The notes under the pieces: model-generated
The model's input: the letters and a program-made list of their open reading frames with translations, nothing else
Database searches by the model: none
Told to the model about the DNA's origin: nothing
Position numbers and translations under genes: made by a program
Assembly: GCF_004010195.1 (NCBI RefSeq)
Contig: NC_057718.1
Span: forward strand, 10,555,181 to 10,590,946
Length of the DNA stretch: 35,766 bases
Source of the DNA: Chiloscyllium plagiosum
Taxonomy: Eukaryota
Reading direction: 5' to 3'
In this document: positions 23,963-35,431 of the stretch, one piece after another
How the letters are laid out: every line of letters starts with the position of its first letter
Position numbering within the stretch: the stretch's first letter is position 1

Positions 23963-24224
23963 AAGATTAGATTAGATTAGATTAGATTACAGTGTGGAAA
24001 CAGGCCCTTCGGCCCAACAAGTCCACACCGACCCGCCGAAGCGAAACCCACCCATACCCCTACATTTACCCCTTACCTAACACCTACAGGCAATTTAGTA
24101 TGGCCAATTCACCTGACCCTGCACATCTCCCACCATCCAAAGATGGTGCCTGAGGCGGGAATTGAACCCAGGTGTCTGACGCTGTGAGGCAGCAGTGCTA
24201 ACCACTGTGCCACCGTGCCGCCCA
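23963..24224 (-). mobile_element. HE1-like tRNA-derived SINE with (TTAGA)n tail and rearranged centre
   Basis: Minus strand starts gggcggcacggtggcacagtggttagc (A box)...gggttcaattccc (B box). 3' end shared with the CR1 tail. Confidence 0.9.
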
Positions 24225-24296
24225 CGAGATGGATTCCTGAGATGACTGCACTGGATCGGTTAGAATTAGATTCGATTGAGTTTGGAAATTGAGTAT

Positions 24297-24886
24297 TGTT
24301 AGGGTCTTTTCTGGGTTTTCACACAGGAGATGCAATTTGCACACATCAGCTTCTGCAAACAGTTAAAGTTTATTAGAGACTGTACAAGCTAGGTGACCCC
24401 TTTGACCCTTCTCGTAGGCATGTGAAGTAGAGTCAATAGAGGCCCTGAACAAAGAAAACCCATCCCCTTTATACAAGTCAGTTGGTAAGGCTTGCAGGTA
24501 TTCTGGCCACAACCCTCACCCACCATAATCACGTTACCCCAGGCTGTGGTCATCCTCAGATAATGTAAATGCCCTAATCCAGGGGAATAGTTATGCGACC
24601 GATTTCCCGACTGTTATTTCCCCAAGAAAATATAGGTGTGATATGTCGTGGCTTCGGGAGATGGCTATAAAACATATTTCTCTGAATGGAAGGGCTGAAT
24701 GATTGGTAGTTAATTTGATAATAGTAGGGAAGTAGTAGCAAATGACTGTCTAAATGGAGTGGGAGTCATCCGCATTGCTGCATGGATGTTATCCCCATCC
24801 ACTTCCAGGATGTTCAGCTACTGCAGTTTAACATTTTAATATCGCATTAATGTCCAGAGAGTCCAATTTAATCTTTTACCATTACA
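24297..24886 (-). mobile_element. Probable solo LTR (590 bp) of an ERV or LTR retrotransposon
   Basis: TGTTA...TTACA termini, flanked by GTAT / GTAC (4-bp TSD, 1 mismatch). Minus-strand CCAAT (24702-24706), TATAAA (24468-24473) and AATAAA (24369-24374) in LTR order. Interrupts a CR1 fragment. Confidence 0.65.
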
Positions 24887-24894
24887 GTACCCCA

Positions 24895-25212
24895 TAAAAA
24901 TCTATAAACATTTTAACAGGACTAGACAGGGTAAACACAAGACAGGATTCCTGATGATCAGGGAGTCCAAAACCAGAGGTTATAGATTAAGGATATGGGA
25001 TAGATCGCTTGGGACTGAGATGAGAAATTTCTCCACCTAGGTTGTTGAGGCCAAAACATGGAATGTTTTGAAGGAGTTAGATTTCTATCTTCATGTTAAA
25101 CGGATCAAAGAGTATGGAGCAAAAACAGGAACAGGATAATCAGCTGTGATCATATGGAATGGCAGGGCTTGAAGGACTGAATAGCCTTCTCTTTTTTCCT
25201 CTTTTCTATGTT
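24895..25212 (+). mobile_element. Old CR1 LINE 3' fragment (continuation of ~24228-24292)
   Basis: tataaacattttaacaggactagacagggta...gggagtccaaaaccagagg...gggcttgaaggactgaatagcct. Confidence 0.7.
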
Positions 25213-25319
25213 AATATGTAGTTCAGTTTGTGACCTGTGACTGGGAGGGGCAGGGAGACATTATCAAGGGAACACAGTTTGTGGTGGCAAAAAATGCAGT
25301 TGATCCAAAACTAGTTTCA

Positions 25320-25720
25320 TCTGTAGGGAGAGGCTGAATATGCTGGGGCTGTTTTCCCTGGAGCATCGGAGGCTGAGGGGTGATCTTTATAGAGGTTTAT
25401 AAAATCGTGAGGGGCATGGATAGGATAAATAGACAAGGTCTTTTCCCTGGGGTTGGGGATTCCAGAACTAGAGAGCGTAGGTTTAAGGTGAGAGGGGAAA
25501 GATTTAAAAGGGACTTAAGGGTAACATTTTCACGCAGGAGGTGGTGCTTGTATGGAATGAGCTGCCAGAGGAAGTGGTGGAGGCTGAAACAATTAGAACA
25601 TCTGGATGGCAATATGAATAAGTAGGGTTGACAGGGATTTGAGCCAAGTGCTGTCAAATGTGAATAGATTAAATTAGGATATCTGATCGGCGTAGGTGAG
25701 TTTTTGTGCCGTACACTCCT
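25320..25720 (+). mobile_element. CR1 (HER1-like) LINE 3' fragment
   Basis: IEVYKIVRGMDRINRQGLFPGVGDSRTR. Matches the other copies. Confidence 0.9.
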
Positions 25721-25734
25721 GATGCTATTACTAT

Positions 25735-26055
25735 TAGATTAGATTCCCTACAGAATGGAAACAGGCCCTTCGGCCCAACATGTCCACACCAACCCTTTGA
25801 AGAGTAACCTTCGCAGACCATTCCCCCACCCTCTATTTACCCCTAACTAATGCACCTGACACTCTGGGCAATTTTTAGCATGGCCAATTCACCTGACCCA
25901 CGTATCTTTGGATTGTGGGAGGAAACCGGAGCACCCGGAGGAAACCCACGCAGACAAGGAGAAAGTGCAAACTCCACACAGACAGTCGCCCGAGGTGGAA
26001 ATTGAACCCGGGTCCCTGGCTCTGTGAGGCAGCAGTGCTAGCCACTGTGCTGCCC
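25735..26055 (-). mobile_element. HE1-like tRNA-derived SINE, near full length
   Basis: Minus-strand A/B boxes, central ggtttcctccgggtgctccggtttcctcccac domain, LINE-derived 3' end. Confidence 0.92.
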
Positions 26056-26914
26056 TGAACATCTAGGCAACTGAATGGCTTAACTTTTATCTAATTCAGT
26101 GCATATCAACTTTATTTAAAACCACTGTTTCGGTAACCATGTTTAATTTTTGAAATTCACATTTTTGCTCTGTGCTAACAGGATGAACGTACTGATGGAA
26201 AGTGATGTTTTGTAATCTATGCCTACCTGCTAAGCACTTAGTCATAAAATATTGATTCCAATTTAACCACATAAAGAAATGTCACAGTAATTTGAGTTGT
26301 GCAGACCTTCCAGACCCAAAACTTTCCCCAAAGTAACTTCTGCACAGTTCTCTGAAGTTGCTATAATGAAACTCTGGAGATAAGTCTGTATCTTTTATTA
26401 TTGTAACCATCTTTTCTTAACATAATTGATAGTGCCCCTTGGATTTTATTTTCGACACACTCTTGCAAAGTCTGTGTACTTTGAAGCAATATTTGAAAAT
26501 CCAAGTCACAGGGTGTATGTGAGGTTAATTGCAATTAGGGAAAAGAGTATTGCCACATTCTTCATTAATGGCTTCTTACATCATTAATGAAGCATATAAT
26601 TTGTTTGCTATTAAATATACATGTGCACCTAAGGTTAACACTGCACAAAGAATTGCTATTGCATTTCTGATTAACATTGGGTTAGAGACATTGTTTTACC
26701 AGATTACATTGCTATAATGTAAGTTGTCATTTTGGTATCATAATTAATTTCTCTTGACGGTAGATAACGCTGTTCGTTAAACTTGATTCCCCTCTTAACA
26801 TCACTTGTCTCTACTATTCTCCATTTATGCTGTGTCTCGCTACCTGTAGCTGCTGGTTTTTTTTTTTGTCCCCCAAATCCTAAGACTGACTGACTTGAGT
26901 GTTTCAGGAATATT

Positions 26915-27130
26915 GAATCATAGAATCCTGACAATGTGGACAAAGGACATTGAGCCCATTGACTCCATACCAACCCTCCAAAGATCAGACCCAGACCAGT
27001 GTCCCTACTGTATCCCTGTAACCCTGCATTTCCTGTAAATAATCAACATAGCATGTACATTATGGGCAATTTAGCATGGCCGATCCACCTAACCTGCACA
27101 TTTTTGGACTGTCGGTGGAACCTCGAGCAT
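26915..27130 (-). mobile_element. 5'-truncated HE1-like SINE
   Basis: gggcaatttagcatggcc...cacctaacctgcacatttttggactgt core shared with the other SINE copies. Confidence 0.75.
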
Positions 27131-28014
27131 CTTCAAAAACCCTTCACTCAACACCCATCTTCATAGTAGCGTGAATTGCATGACCTTTGTATTCAGGTCG
27201 AAATAGTGATCAGTTATACTAGAAACTCTTTCTCAGCTCAGAAGTAAATGGACAATTTTGTGCACAACTGCTTACAACCTGACATTCTTAACTTTTTTTT
27301 TCTCTCTGGGACCTTAGACTGTCAGTCTGGCCTCTCTCAAGATGTAGACTGTGGCTATTATCTCCATGTGTGAACACTTTGCACCACTTCCCTAGCACTT
27401 TGGATGATCTTTAATCGGTGGCAATTAAACTAACCAGGCTTGCTTCAGAATAGGTCATTTGACCTTAAAAGGCACCATTCCAAAAATGTAACCATCTTTT
27501 AAACTTCATTACAACAATGCAAAAGAAAAGTCCATTGATATATTTTGGGGATTTTTGAAGGAATTAATTGAGGAAAATCATTTTTTTAAACCAATGATCA
27601 CCATCGGTGTATTTCTTTTCTGCTAGATCCTGAGATTTTTTCTTTGCTCAATAAAGGAATGGAAATATTTAACAAAAATTGAGAAAGTCATTCTTCTATA
27701 TCTTGTGTTGAAAATAATTCCTTATGTGCTCCATGAAATATCTCACAGAAGTGTTTATATTCCAAGGATTGGGTTAAACTGAACTGAACTATCTAGGCAA
27801 ACCTGAGGCTCATTTTGAAGCCTCGTCTGAAGGGCAGTTAAAAATATGCAAGACCATCAAAACTGACTGCATTTGGATCTTAATTTGGGTTGAAATTCTG
27901 AACTGCATTTGAGGTCAGAGTTTCACTATTTGATTCAAGTATAGTACCAAAGTTATGAAGTTTTTTTCAAAGGAAATTACATTGATTTTAATTTTATCTT
28001 TTTTTTAATTCTAG

Positions 28015-28137
28015 GTGAATCAACGCAATGTTCCTGGGATTGACAGTGCATACCTGGCAATGGACACAGAGGAGGGAGTAGAAGTTGTGTGGAATGAAGT
28101 CCAGTTCTCAGAAAGAAAAAATTTTAAACTGCAAGAG
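28015..28137 (+). CDS. NRBP1: NRBP1 coding exon 2 (VNQRNVPGIDSAYLAMDTEEGVEVVWNEVQFSERKNFKLQE)
   Basis: Polypyrimidine tract + ctag acceptor, 123 nt open frame, GAG|gtgaag donor. Pseudokinase N-lobe: degenerate Gly loop, VVWNE in place of VAIK. Absent from the ORF track. Confidence 0.96.
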
Positions 28138-28668
28138 GTGAAGATAACACTCAAATATTTAAATATGAAAAGCTAATGATTGTTCCTGCATTTGTTAACT
28201 TTAATACACTCAGTCCTCATTATCCATTGATATGCTATTCATGGATCCACACACTCATGAGGTTGGCCACAGATTGCATTTCTGTCTCTTTCCCATTATC
28301 TCATACGTTCTACCTTGGTCAACCAATTTTGCGGTTCTTCATGGTGTATAGGAGTGATATCTGCATTTATTGTCTGGTTTATTGTTAACCATGTGAAGTC
28401 AGTGTCCTATCCCTTGTGGATGATGAGGACTGGGTGTTGGTTTTTCTTTTGAAGTTAAGTATCATTGTAAGAATTGCAAGATCATTGCAAGAATTTTTAA
28501 ATCATTAAAAAAATTTAGGTCTCAAGCTTTAAATGATTTTACATGGAATGTCCAAGCAGTTTCTAACGACTAGACTTTTCCTTTCCGCGCTCCTTTCAAT
28601 TTTGGAAAAGTGGTAAAGGCATAAATCAAACTTGTTACCATTCTGATGAGTGTACTTTTGTTTCTTAG

Positions 28669-28770
28669 GATAAGGTAAAGGCTGTCTTTGACAATCTCAT
28701 CCAGCTGGAGCACCTGAACATTGTGAAATTTCACAAGTATTGGGCAGATGTGAAAGAAAATAAAGCAAGG
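28669..28770 (+). CDS. NRBP1: NRBP1 coding exon 3 (DKVKAVFDNLIQLEHLNIVKFHKYWADVKENKAR)
   Basis: tttcttag acceptor, 102 nt, AGG|gtaagc donor. AVFDNLIQLEHLNIVKFHKYWAD matches NRBP1 rather than NRBP2 as I recall the two sequences. Confidence 0.96.
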
Positions 28771-29104
28771 GTAAGCTGTCTTGATGCTGATTGATGTTTT
28801 TGTTACTCGACCTGACAATTATTTTTCCAGTATCTAATATGAAATTTTAAAATTGTTACATAGACTTTTTTTATACTTGTGACTGATCAATCTTTGGCTG
28901 AATTTTTTTCAGTCCTTAGTGTGCAGATATTTCATGATTAAGAAATGTTTAACAGTTCCAAACATGCTACCTTATGGTTAATATTGAAAAAAAATATTTA
29001 AGAATATAATAGAAGCAAAGTAGTCAAAGTCCATTGAATACAAAGGAAAATTAAGCCACCTTAATTTGCATCCATTGCAGTAAAGAATTTTTTTTTATTG
29101 TATC

Positions 29105-29346
29105 AGAGTCCTAGAGATGTACAGCGTGGAAACAGNCCCTGAGGTCTCTTTTATATCTTTCCCCTCTCACCCTAAACCTATGCCCTCTAGTTCTGGACTC
29201 CCTGACCCCAGGGAAAAGACTTTGCCTATTTACCCTATCCATGCCCCTCATAATTTTGTAAACCTCTACAAGGTCACCCTTTAGCCTCTGACTCTCCAGG
29301 GAAAACATCCCCAGCCTGTTCAGCCTCTCCCTGTAGCTCAAATCCC
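29105..29346 (-). mobile_element. CR1 LINE 3' fragment in NRBP1 intron, with an apparent internal gap at the N
   Basis: SYRERLNRLGMFSLE...RTRGHRFRVRGERYKRDL on the minus strand. The tail is joined to the body at the ambiguous base 29136. Confidence 0.9.
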
Positions 29347-29463
29347 AGAGATTTGGGAGACAAAAGCTAAATGATGGGAATTAAGTTTTGTATTGAAAGC
29401 ACATTTGCTAAAAATATTTGGAGTTGCTGAAGGGATTATTAATGTATATTTATGTTCCTGCAG

Positions 29464-29553
29464 GTTATATTTATAACGGAATACATGTCATCAGGAAGCT
29501 TAAAACAGTTTTTGAAGAAAACTAAGAAAAACCACAAAACTATGAATGAAAAG
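29464..29553 (+). CDS. NRBP1: NRBP1 coding exon 4 (VIFITEYMSSGSLKQFLKKTKKNHKTMNEK); gene continues beyond the window
   Basis: ttcctgcag acceptor, 90 nt, AAG|gttggt donor. Hinge region and basic KKTKKNHK segment of NRBP1. Confidence 0.96.
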
Positions 29554-29801
29554 GTTGGTTGCAGATTAGTTTACAAACATTTGGGGTGGCTTGGCTGTAT
29601 TTTTGCTACTTTTGCAGGGCATATTTATGAGCTGCTGCTGAAAGATTCTGTGGTTCTTTAGGTCATCTGGACAGCACATGGAGTTAATGTCTGAGGTGCT
29701 CTTATTTGAAGTATACATCTGTTCAAATACTCGTGCACACATGCTTAATTATTGCAAATGCGTCTAAGTGCAACTTACTATGAGGTGGAACATATGTGGC
29801 A

Positions 29802-31843
29802 GAGGATAACAAAGAGAGAAATAAGGAAGGAGAGGATCAAATATGAAGGTAGGCTAGCCAGTAATATTAGAAGTGATAGTAAAAGTTTCTTTCAATACAT
29901 AAACGACAGGCAAAAGTAGACATTGGATCACTTCAAACTGATGCTGGAAGGCTAGTGATGGGAGATAAGGAAATAGTTGGAGAACTTAATAATTACTTTG
30001 CGTCAATCTTCACAGTGGAAGACATGAGTAATATCCCAACAATTAAAGGGAGTCAGGGGCTGAGTTGAGTATGGTTGCCATTACAAAAGAGTGTGTGCTA
30101 GAAAAGCTAAAAAGTCTAAAAATTGACACATCTCCTGGCCCTGATGGGCTACATCCTAGAGTTCTGAGGGAGGTGGCTGAGGAAATAGTGGAGGCGTTGG
30201 TTGAGCTCTTTCAAAAGTCACTGGAGTCAGGGAAAGTCCCGGATGATTGGAAGATCACTGTTGTAACCCCATTGTTCAAGAAAGGATCAAGACAAAAGAT
30301 GGAAAATTATAGGCCAATTAGCCTAACCTCAGTTGTTGGTAAAATTCTAGAATCCATCGTTAAGGATGAGATTTCTAAATTCTTGGAAGAGCAGGGTCGG
30401 ATTAGAACAAGCTGAAAATGTGTTGCTGGAAATTCCTAAAGAAGGGCTCATGCCCGAAACGTCGATTCTCCTGCTCCTTGAATGCTGCCTGACCTGCTGC
30501 ACTTTTCCAGCAACACATTTTCAGCTCTGATCTCCAGCATCTGCAGTCCTCTCTTACTCCTCAGATTAGAACAAGTCAACATGGATTTAGTAAGGGGAGC
30601 CCGTGCCTGACAAACCTGTTAGAATTCTTTTGAAGAGGTGACAAGTAGGTTAGACCAGGGAAACCCAGTGGATGTAGTCTATCTGGACTTCCAAAAGGCC
30701 TTTGAAAAGGTGCCACACGAGAGGCTGCTGAGTAAGGTGAGGGCCCATGGTGTTCGAGGTAAGCTACTGGCATGGATTGAGAATTGGCTGTCTGACAGAA
30801 GGCCGAGAGTTGGGATAAGAGGTTCTTTTTCGGAATGGCAGCCGGTGACAAGCGGTGTCCCACAGGGTTCAGTGTTGGGGCCACAGCTGTTCACGTTATA
30901 TATTAATGATCTGGATGAAGGGACTGGGGGCATTCCAGCGAAGTTTGCCGATGATACGAAGATAGGTGGGCAGGCTGGTAGTACTGAGGAAGTGGGGAGG
31001 CTGCAGAAGGATCTAGACAGTTTGGGACAGTGGTCCAGGAAATGGCTGATGAAGTTCAATGTGAGCAAAGAATACAAGCATGGACTACTTTCTAAACGGT
31101 GAGAAAATTCATAAAGCCAAAGTACAAAGGGATCTGGGAGTGCTAGTCGAGGATTCTCTAAAGGTAAACATGCAGGTTGAATCCGTGATTAAGAAAGCGA
31201 ATGCAATGTTGTCATTTATCTCAAGAGGGTTGGAATATAAAAGCAGCGATGTGCTACTGAGACTTTATAAAGCTCTGGTTAGGCCCCATTTGGAGTACTA
31301 TGTCTAGTTTTGGGCCCCATACCTCAGGAGGGATATACTGGCACTGGAGCATGTCCAGCGGAGATTCTCACGGATGATCCCTGGAATGATAGGTCTAACA
31401 TACGAGGAACGGCTAAGGATCCTGGGATTGTATTCATTGGAGTTTAGAAGGTTCAGGGGAGATCTAATAGTAACTTACAAGATAATACATGGCTTGGAAA
31501 GGGTGGACGCTAAGAAATTGTTTCCGTTAGGTGGGGAGACTAGGGCCCGTGGGCACAGCCTTAAAATTAGAGGGGGTCAATTCAGAACAGAAATGCGGAG
31601 ACGTTTCTTCAGCCAGAGAGTGGTAGGCCTGTGGAATTCATTGCCGCGGAGTGCAGTGGAGGCCGGGACGCTAATTGTCTTCAAGACAGAAATTGATAAA
31701 TTCTTGATGTCACAAGGAATTAAGGGCTACGGGGCGAATGCTGGTAAGTGGAGTTGAAATGCCCATCAGCCATGATTAATTGGCAGAGTGGACTCGATGG
31801 GCCGAATGACCGTACTTCCACTCCTATGTCTTATGGTCTTATG
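29802..31843 (+). mobile_element. 5'-truncated CR1 LINE (different subfamily), decayed ORF2 + (tcttatgg) tail
   Basis: SPGPDGLHPRVL, NYRPISLTS, YLDFQKAF, GVPQGSVLGP, FADDTK. Possible short TSD TGGCA at 29797-29801 / 31842-31846. Confidence 0.95.
30412..30563 (+). mobile_element. 152-bp Penelope pLTR insertion with short inverted 5' piece and 12-bp TSD, nested in CR1
   Basis: TSD GATTAGAACAAG at 30400-30411 / 30564-30575. 30412-30432 is the reverse complement of 30504-30524. Hammerhead-like CUAAAGA-A-GGGC-UCAU-GCCC-GAAA-CG-UC at 30436-30463. Confidence 0.9.
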
Positions 31844-32170
31844 GCACAGTGGTTCAGTGATTAGCATTGCTGTCTCTCAGTGCCAGGGACCCGGGTTCAA
31901 TTACAACATCTGGTGACTGTCTGTGTGGAGTTTGCACACTCTCCTCGTGTCTGCGTGGGTTTCCTCCCACAGTCCAGAGATATGCAGATCAGGGGAATTG
32001 GCCATGCTAAATTGCCCATAGTGTTCAGGGATGTGTAGGTTAGGTGCATTAGTCAGGGGTAAATGTGGGATGGTGGCGTGGGGGAGTGAGTCTGGGTCGG
32101 TTGCTCTTTGAAGGGTCGGTGTGGACTTGTTGGGCCAAAGGGTCTGTTTCCATGCTGTAGGGATTCTAAT
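31843..32170 (+). mobile_element. HE1-like tRNA-derived SINE
   Basis: A box (tggttcagtgattagc), B box (gggttcaatt), conserved body and CR1-like 3' end. Confidence 0.9.
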
Positions 32171-32559
32171 TCGAAGAAATATACACTTCTCCACCTTCTA
32201 CTCCATTCATGTGCTGGTGTTCATTTGGATACACTTTGAATGTACTATTAGTATTTTGGTCAGGCCATTTTTGGGCAACTTTTGCCTTTCCGAAGTGGAC
32301 ACACCAGGAAATAAAATATAGGAATGGAGAAGGAAAGCATTTGAGATAATTTTGATGTATTGGATATGTGAATTTCCAGCATACCATGGCTGAAGTTGAA
32401 AATCTATTTTATGTGGATATATCATTGACTTGACAGGGGACCTGTCTCACTGAAATAGAGGCGGTCACAACTTCAGTGGTTTTGGATGAAAGTAAGTGCA
32501 ACAGGGTATCAAGCTAGTTTTGAGATTAGAGCTCTGTTTGGTAGGGCTGTAGTAGAGGA

Positions 32560-32790
32560 GGGCGACTTGTACCCAAAACCTATTAGCAAAAGAACTGGAA
32601 GTGATATCACCCACCACAACAAACCAAGGCACATAAGTAAAAGCGGGACAGTATACCAACGCTTCAACGGAGGCTTACAGATGATGATACCTAGCGTGGT
32701 GATGAAACGTCTGAGAACAAACCTTTCAGCTCAGTGATCAAACTTGCAACTTGAACCACAACCTGAGCTACAAATCTTCACAAAAATCGC
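32560..32790 (+). mobile_element. Penelope pLTR 3' fragment, related to 11560-11786
   Basis: ggaagtgatatcacc...cagatgatgatacctagcgtggtgatgaaacgtctg...caacctgagctacaaatctt. Confidence 0.7.
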
Positions 32791-32829
32791 AATTACCCTG
32801 TCTTTTCTGCATTGTGAAGTTAGCTTTTA

Positions 32830-33770
32830 GCGTCATAGCTGTCCAGTATGAAACAGACCCTTCAGTCCAAATAGTCCACGCTGAACAAGTTCCCAAAACA
32901 AACCATATATTTGGCCCATATCCCTCCCAAATTGAAATGTCTTTTAAATGTTGGAATTGTACCCGCATCCACCACTTCCTCTAGCATTCCACATAAGAAC
33001 TACTGTGTTTTTTAAAAAAAGTTAGCCCCCAAAACCTTTAAGTTTTTTCCTGTCATCTTAAAAAATGTCCTCTAGTTTTGAACACTCACCCTTGGGAAAA
33101 GATCCTTGCTATGCACCTTATCTATGTCCCTCCTGATTTTATAAACCTCGACAAGGTCACCTCTCATCCTCCTATGCTCAAGAAAGAAGTCCCAGCCTAT
33201 CCAACTGTTCTCTATACCTCAGGCTTCCATTTCTGGTAAATCCTTTCGAAACCTGCTCAAATTTAATATTCTTCCTATATCAGGGCAACCAGAATTGTAT
33301 ATTGAACTCAAGAAGCCTCACCAAAGTACTCAATATGATGTCCCAACTCCTATCCTCAGATGTTTGAGCAGTAAAGGCAAGCATGGTAAACACCACCTTA
33401 ACCACCCTGTCTACATGTCATGCAAATTTCAAAGAACTATGTACTTAAACTCCTAGGTTTCTCTGTTCTACAACATTATCCAGGGCCCTGCCATTAATTG
33501 TACAAATCCTGCCCTTGTTTGTTTTATCAAAATGCAATACCTCTCATTTTTCCACATTAAACTCCAACTGCTACTCCTCAGCCCATTGACCCAGTTGATC
33601 AATATCTCTTTGTAATCTTAGATAACCTTCTTCTCTATCCACTATACCACTGATTGTGGTCTCAACCACAAACTTAATAGCCATCCCCCCCTAAGTTCTC
33701 ATCCAAATATATAAAGGACAAACTAAAGTGGACTCAGTACCAACCCCTGTGGAACACCACTGGCAACAGT
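32830..33770 (-). mobile_element. Older CR1 LINE fragment, reverse orientation
   Basis: Reverse complement of GVPQG (cccctgtggaacaccactgg) through to the 3' UTR (gaaacagacccttcagtccaa). Confidence 0.85.
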
Positions 33771-34078
33771 CCACCAATCCAAATGAGCTTCCTAATAATA
33801 AAAGGAACAATCGAGGTAACTGAATTATTCAAGGATATTAATCGTATTTGTATTAGTAGTGATTCTGCTGAAGCCAAGTGAAATAAAAGTAGTAAGTGCT
33901 GGCAAAACTCAACAGGTCTATCAGTATCTGTGAAGAAATAAACTAGGTTAAGATGGAATGTAATTAAATTCTTCTTTAGAAAAACCGCATTGAAGATGCG
34001 GTGAGGATAAGCTTGTAATCAGGTGCAAGACAGCCTTCAGTCACTGTGGTTGTGTTTGCCGAGCTGGAAGTTTTTGTT

Positions 34079-34118
34079 GCAAACGTTTCGTCCCCTGGCT
34101 AGGCGACATCATCAGTGC
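34079..34118 (-). ncRNA. Minimal hammerhead ribozyme-like motif in pLTR
   Basis: GCA-CUGAUGA-U-GUCGCCU-AGCC-AGGGGAC-GAAA-CG-UU-UGC. Confidence 0.7.
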
Positions 34119-35391
34119 TTGGGAGCCTCCTGCGAAGCGCTTCTTTGATGTTTCCTCCGGTGTGAATAGTGGTCTGTCCCTGCCGCTTCCGGTTGTCAGT
34201 TTCAGCTGTCCGCTGTAGTGGTTGGTATATTGGGTCCAGGTCGATGTGTTTGTTGATGGAGTTTGTGGATGAATGCCATGCTTCTAGGAATTCCCTGGCT
34301 GTTCTCTGTCTGGCTTTCCCTATGATAGTAGTGTTGTCCCAGTCGAATTCATGTTGCTTGTTGTCTGCGTGTGTGGCTACTAAGGATAGCTGGTCGTGTT
34401 GTTTCGTGGCTAGTTGATGTTCATGTATGCGGCTTGTTAGCTGTCTTCCTGTTTGTCCTATATAGTGTTTTGTGCAGTCCTTGCATGGTATTAGTTTTGC
34501 TCATGTTGGGTATCGGGTCCTTCGTTCTGGTGAGTTGTTGTCTGAGCGTGGCTGTTGGTTTGTGTGCCGTTATGAGTCCTAGGGGTCTCAGTAGTCTGGC
34601 TGTCAGTTCCGAGATGCTCCTGATGTATGGTAATGTGGCTAATTCTTTTTGTTGTGGTATGTCCTCGTTCCGTGGTCTTTCTCTTAGGTATCTGTTGATG
34701 AAGTTGCGCGGGTATCCATTTTTGGCGAGTACCTTGTATAGGTGTTCCTCTTCTTCTTTTTGCAGTTCTGATGTACTGCAGTGTGTTGTGGCCCTTTTGA
34801 ATAGTGTCCTGATGCAGCTTCGTTTGTGTGTGTTGGGGTGGTTGCTTTCATAGTTTAGGACTTGGTCTGTGTGTGTGGCTTTCCTGTATACCCTTGTAGT
34901 GAATTCTCCGTTCGGTGTTCTCTGTACCATCATGTCTAGGAATGGGAATTGGCTATCCTTTTCTTCTTCTCTCGTGAATCGGATTCCTGTGAGTGTGGCG
35001 TTGATGATCCGGTGTGTTTTTTCTATTTCCGTGTTTTTAATGATTACAAACGTGTCTGACCCAGAGTTTGGGTTGAATTTGTGGTAGGACTGTTTGTTCT
35101 AACCTTTGCATAACTGCCTCTGCTATGAGTCCCGAGATTGGTGATCCCATGGGTGTTCCGTTGATTTGTTCGTATATCTGGTTGTTGAATGTGAAGTGTG
35201 TTGTGAGGCACAAGTCCAGTAGTTTAAGTATGCCGTCTTTGTTGATAGGTTCAGCGTCCTGTTTTCTGTTCTGTATGTCCAGTAGGTTGGCTATTGTTCT
35301 GTATGTCCAATAGCCAACCTACTGGGCATACAGAACAGAAAACAGGACACCGGAGGAAACATCAAAGAAGCGCTTCGCAGGAGACTCCCAA

Positions 35392-35431
35392 GCACTGATG
35401 ATGTCGCCTAGCCAGGGGACGAAACGTTTGC
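35392..35431 (+). ncRNA. Minimal hammerhead ribozyme-like motif in inverted pLTR (sense to NRBP1)
   Basis: Identical to the 34079-34118 motif, on the opposite strand. Confidence 0.7.

Noticed and set aside
29130..29142. ~200-bp internal deletion in a CR1 as a biological event
   Set aside because: The junction coincides with an N, so an assembly gap or artefact cannot be excluded.
31850..31905. tRNA gene (also ~24160-24224 and ~25995-26050)
   Set aside because: A/B boxes are the heads of tRNA-derived SINEs, followed by SINE body and tail.
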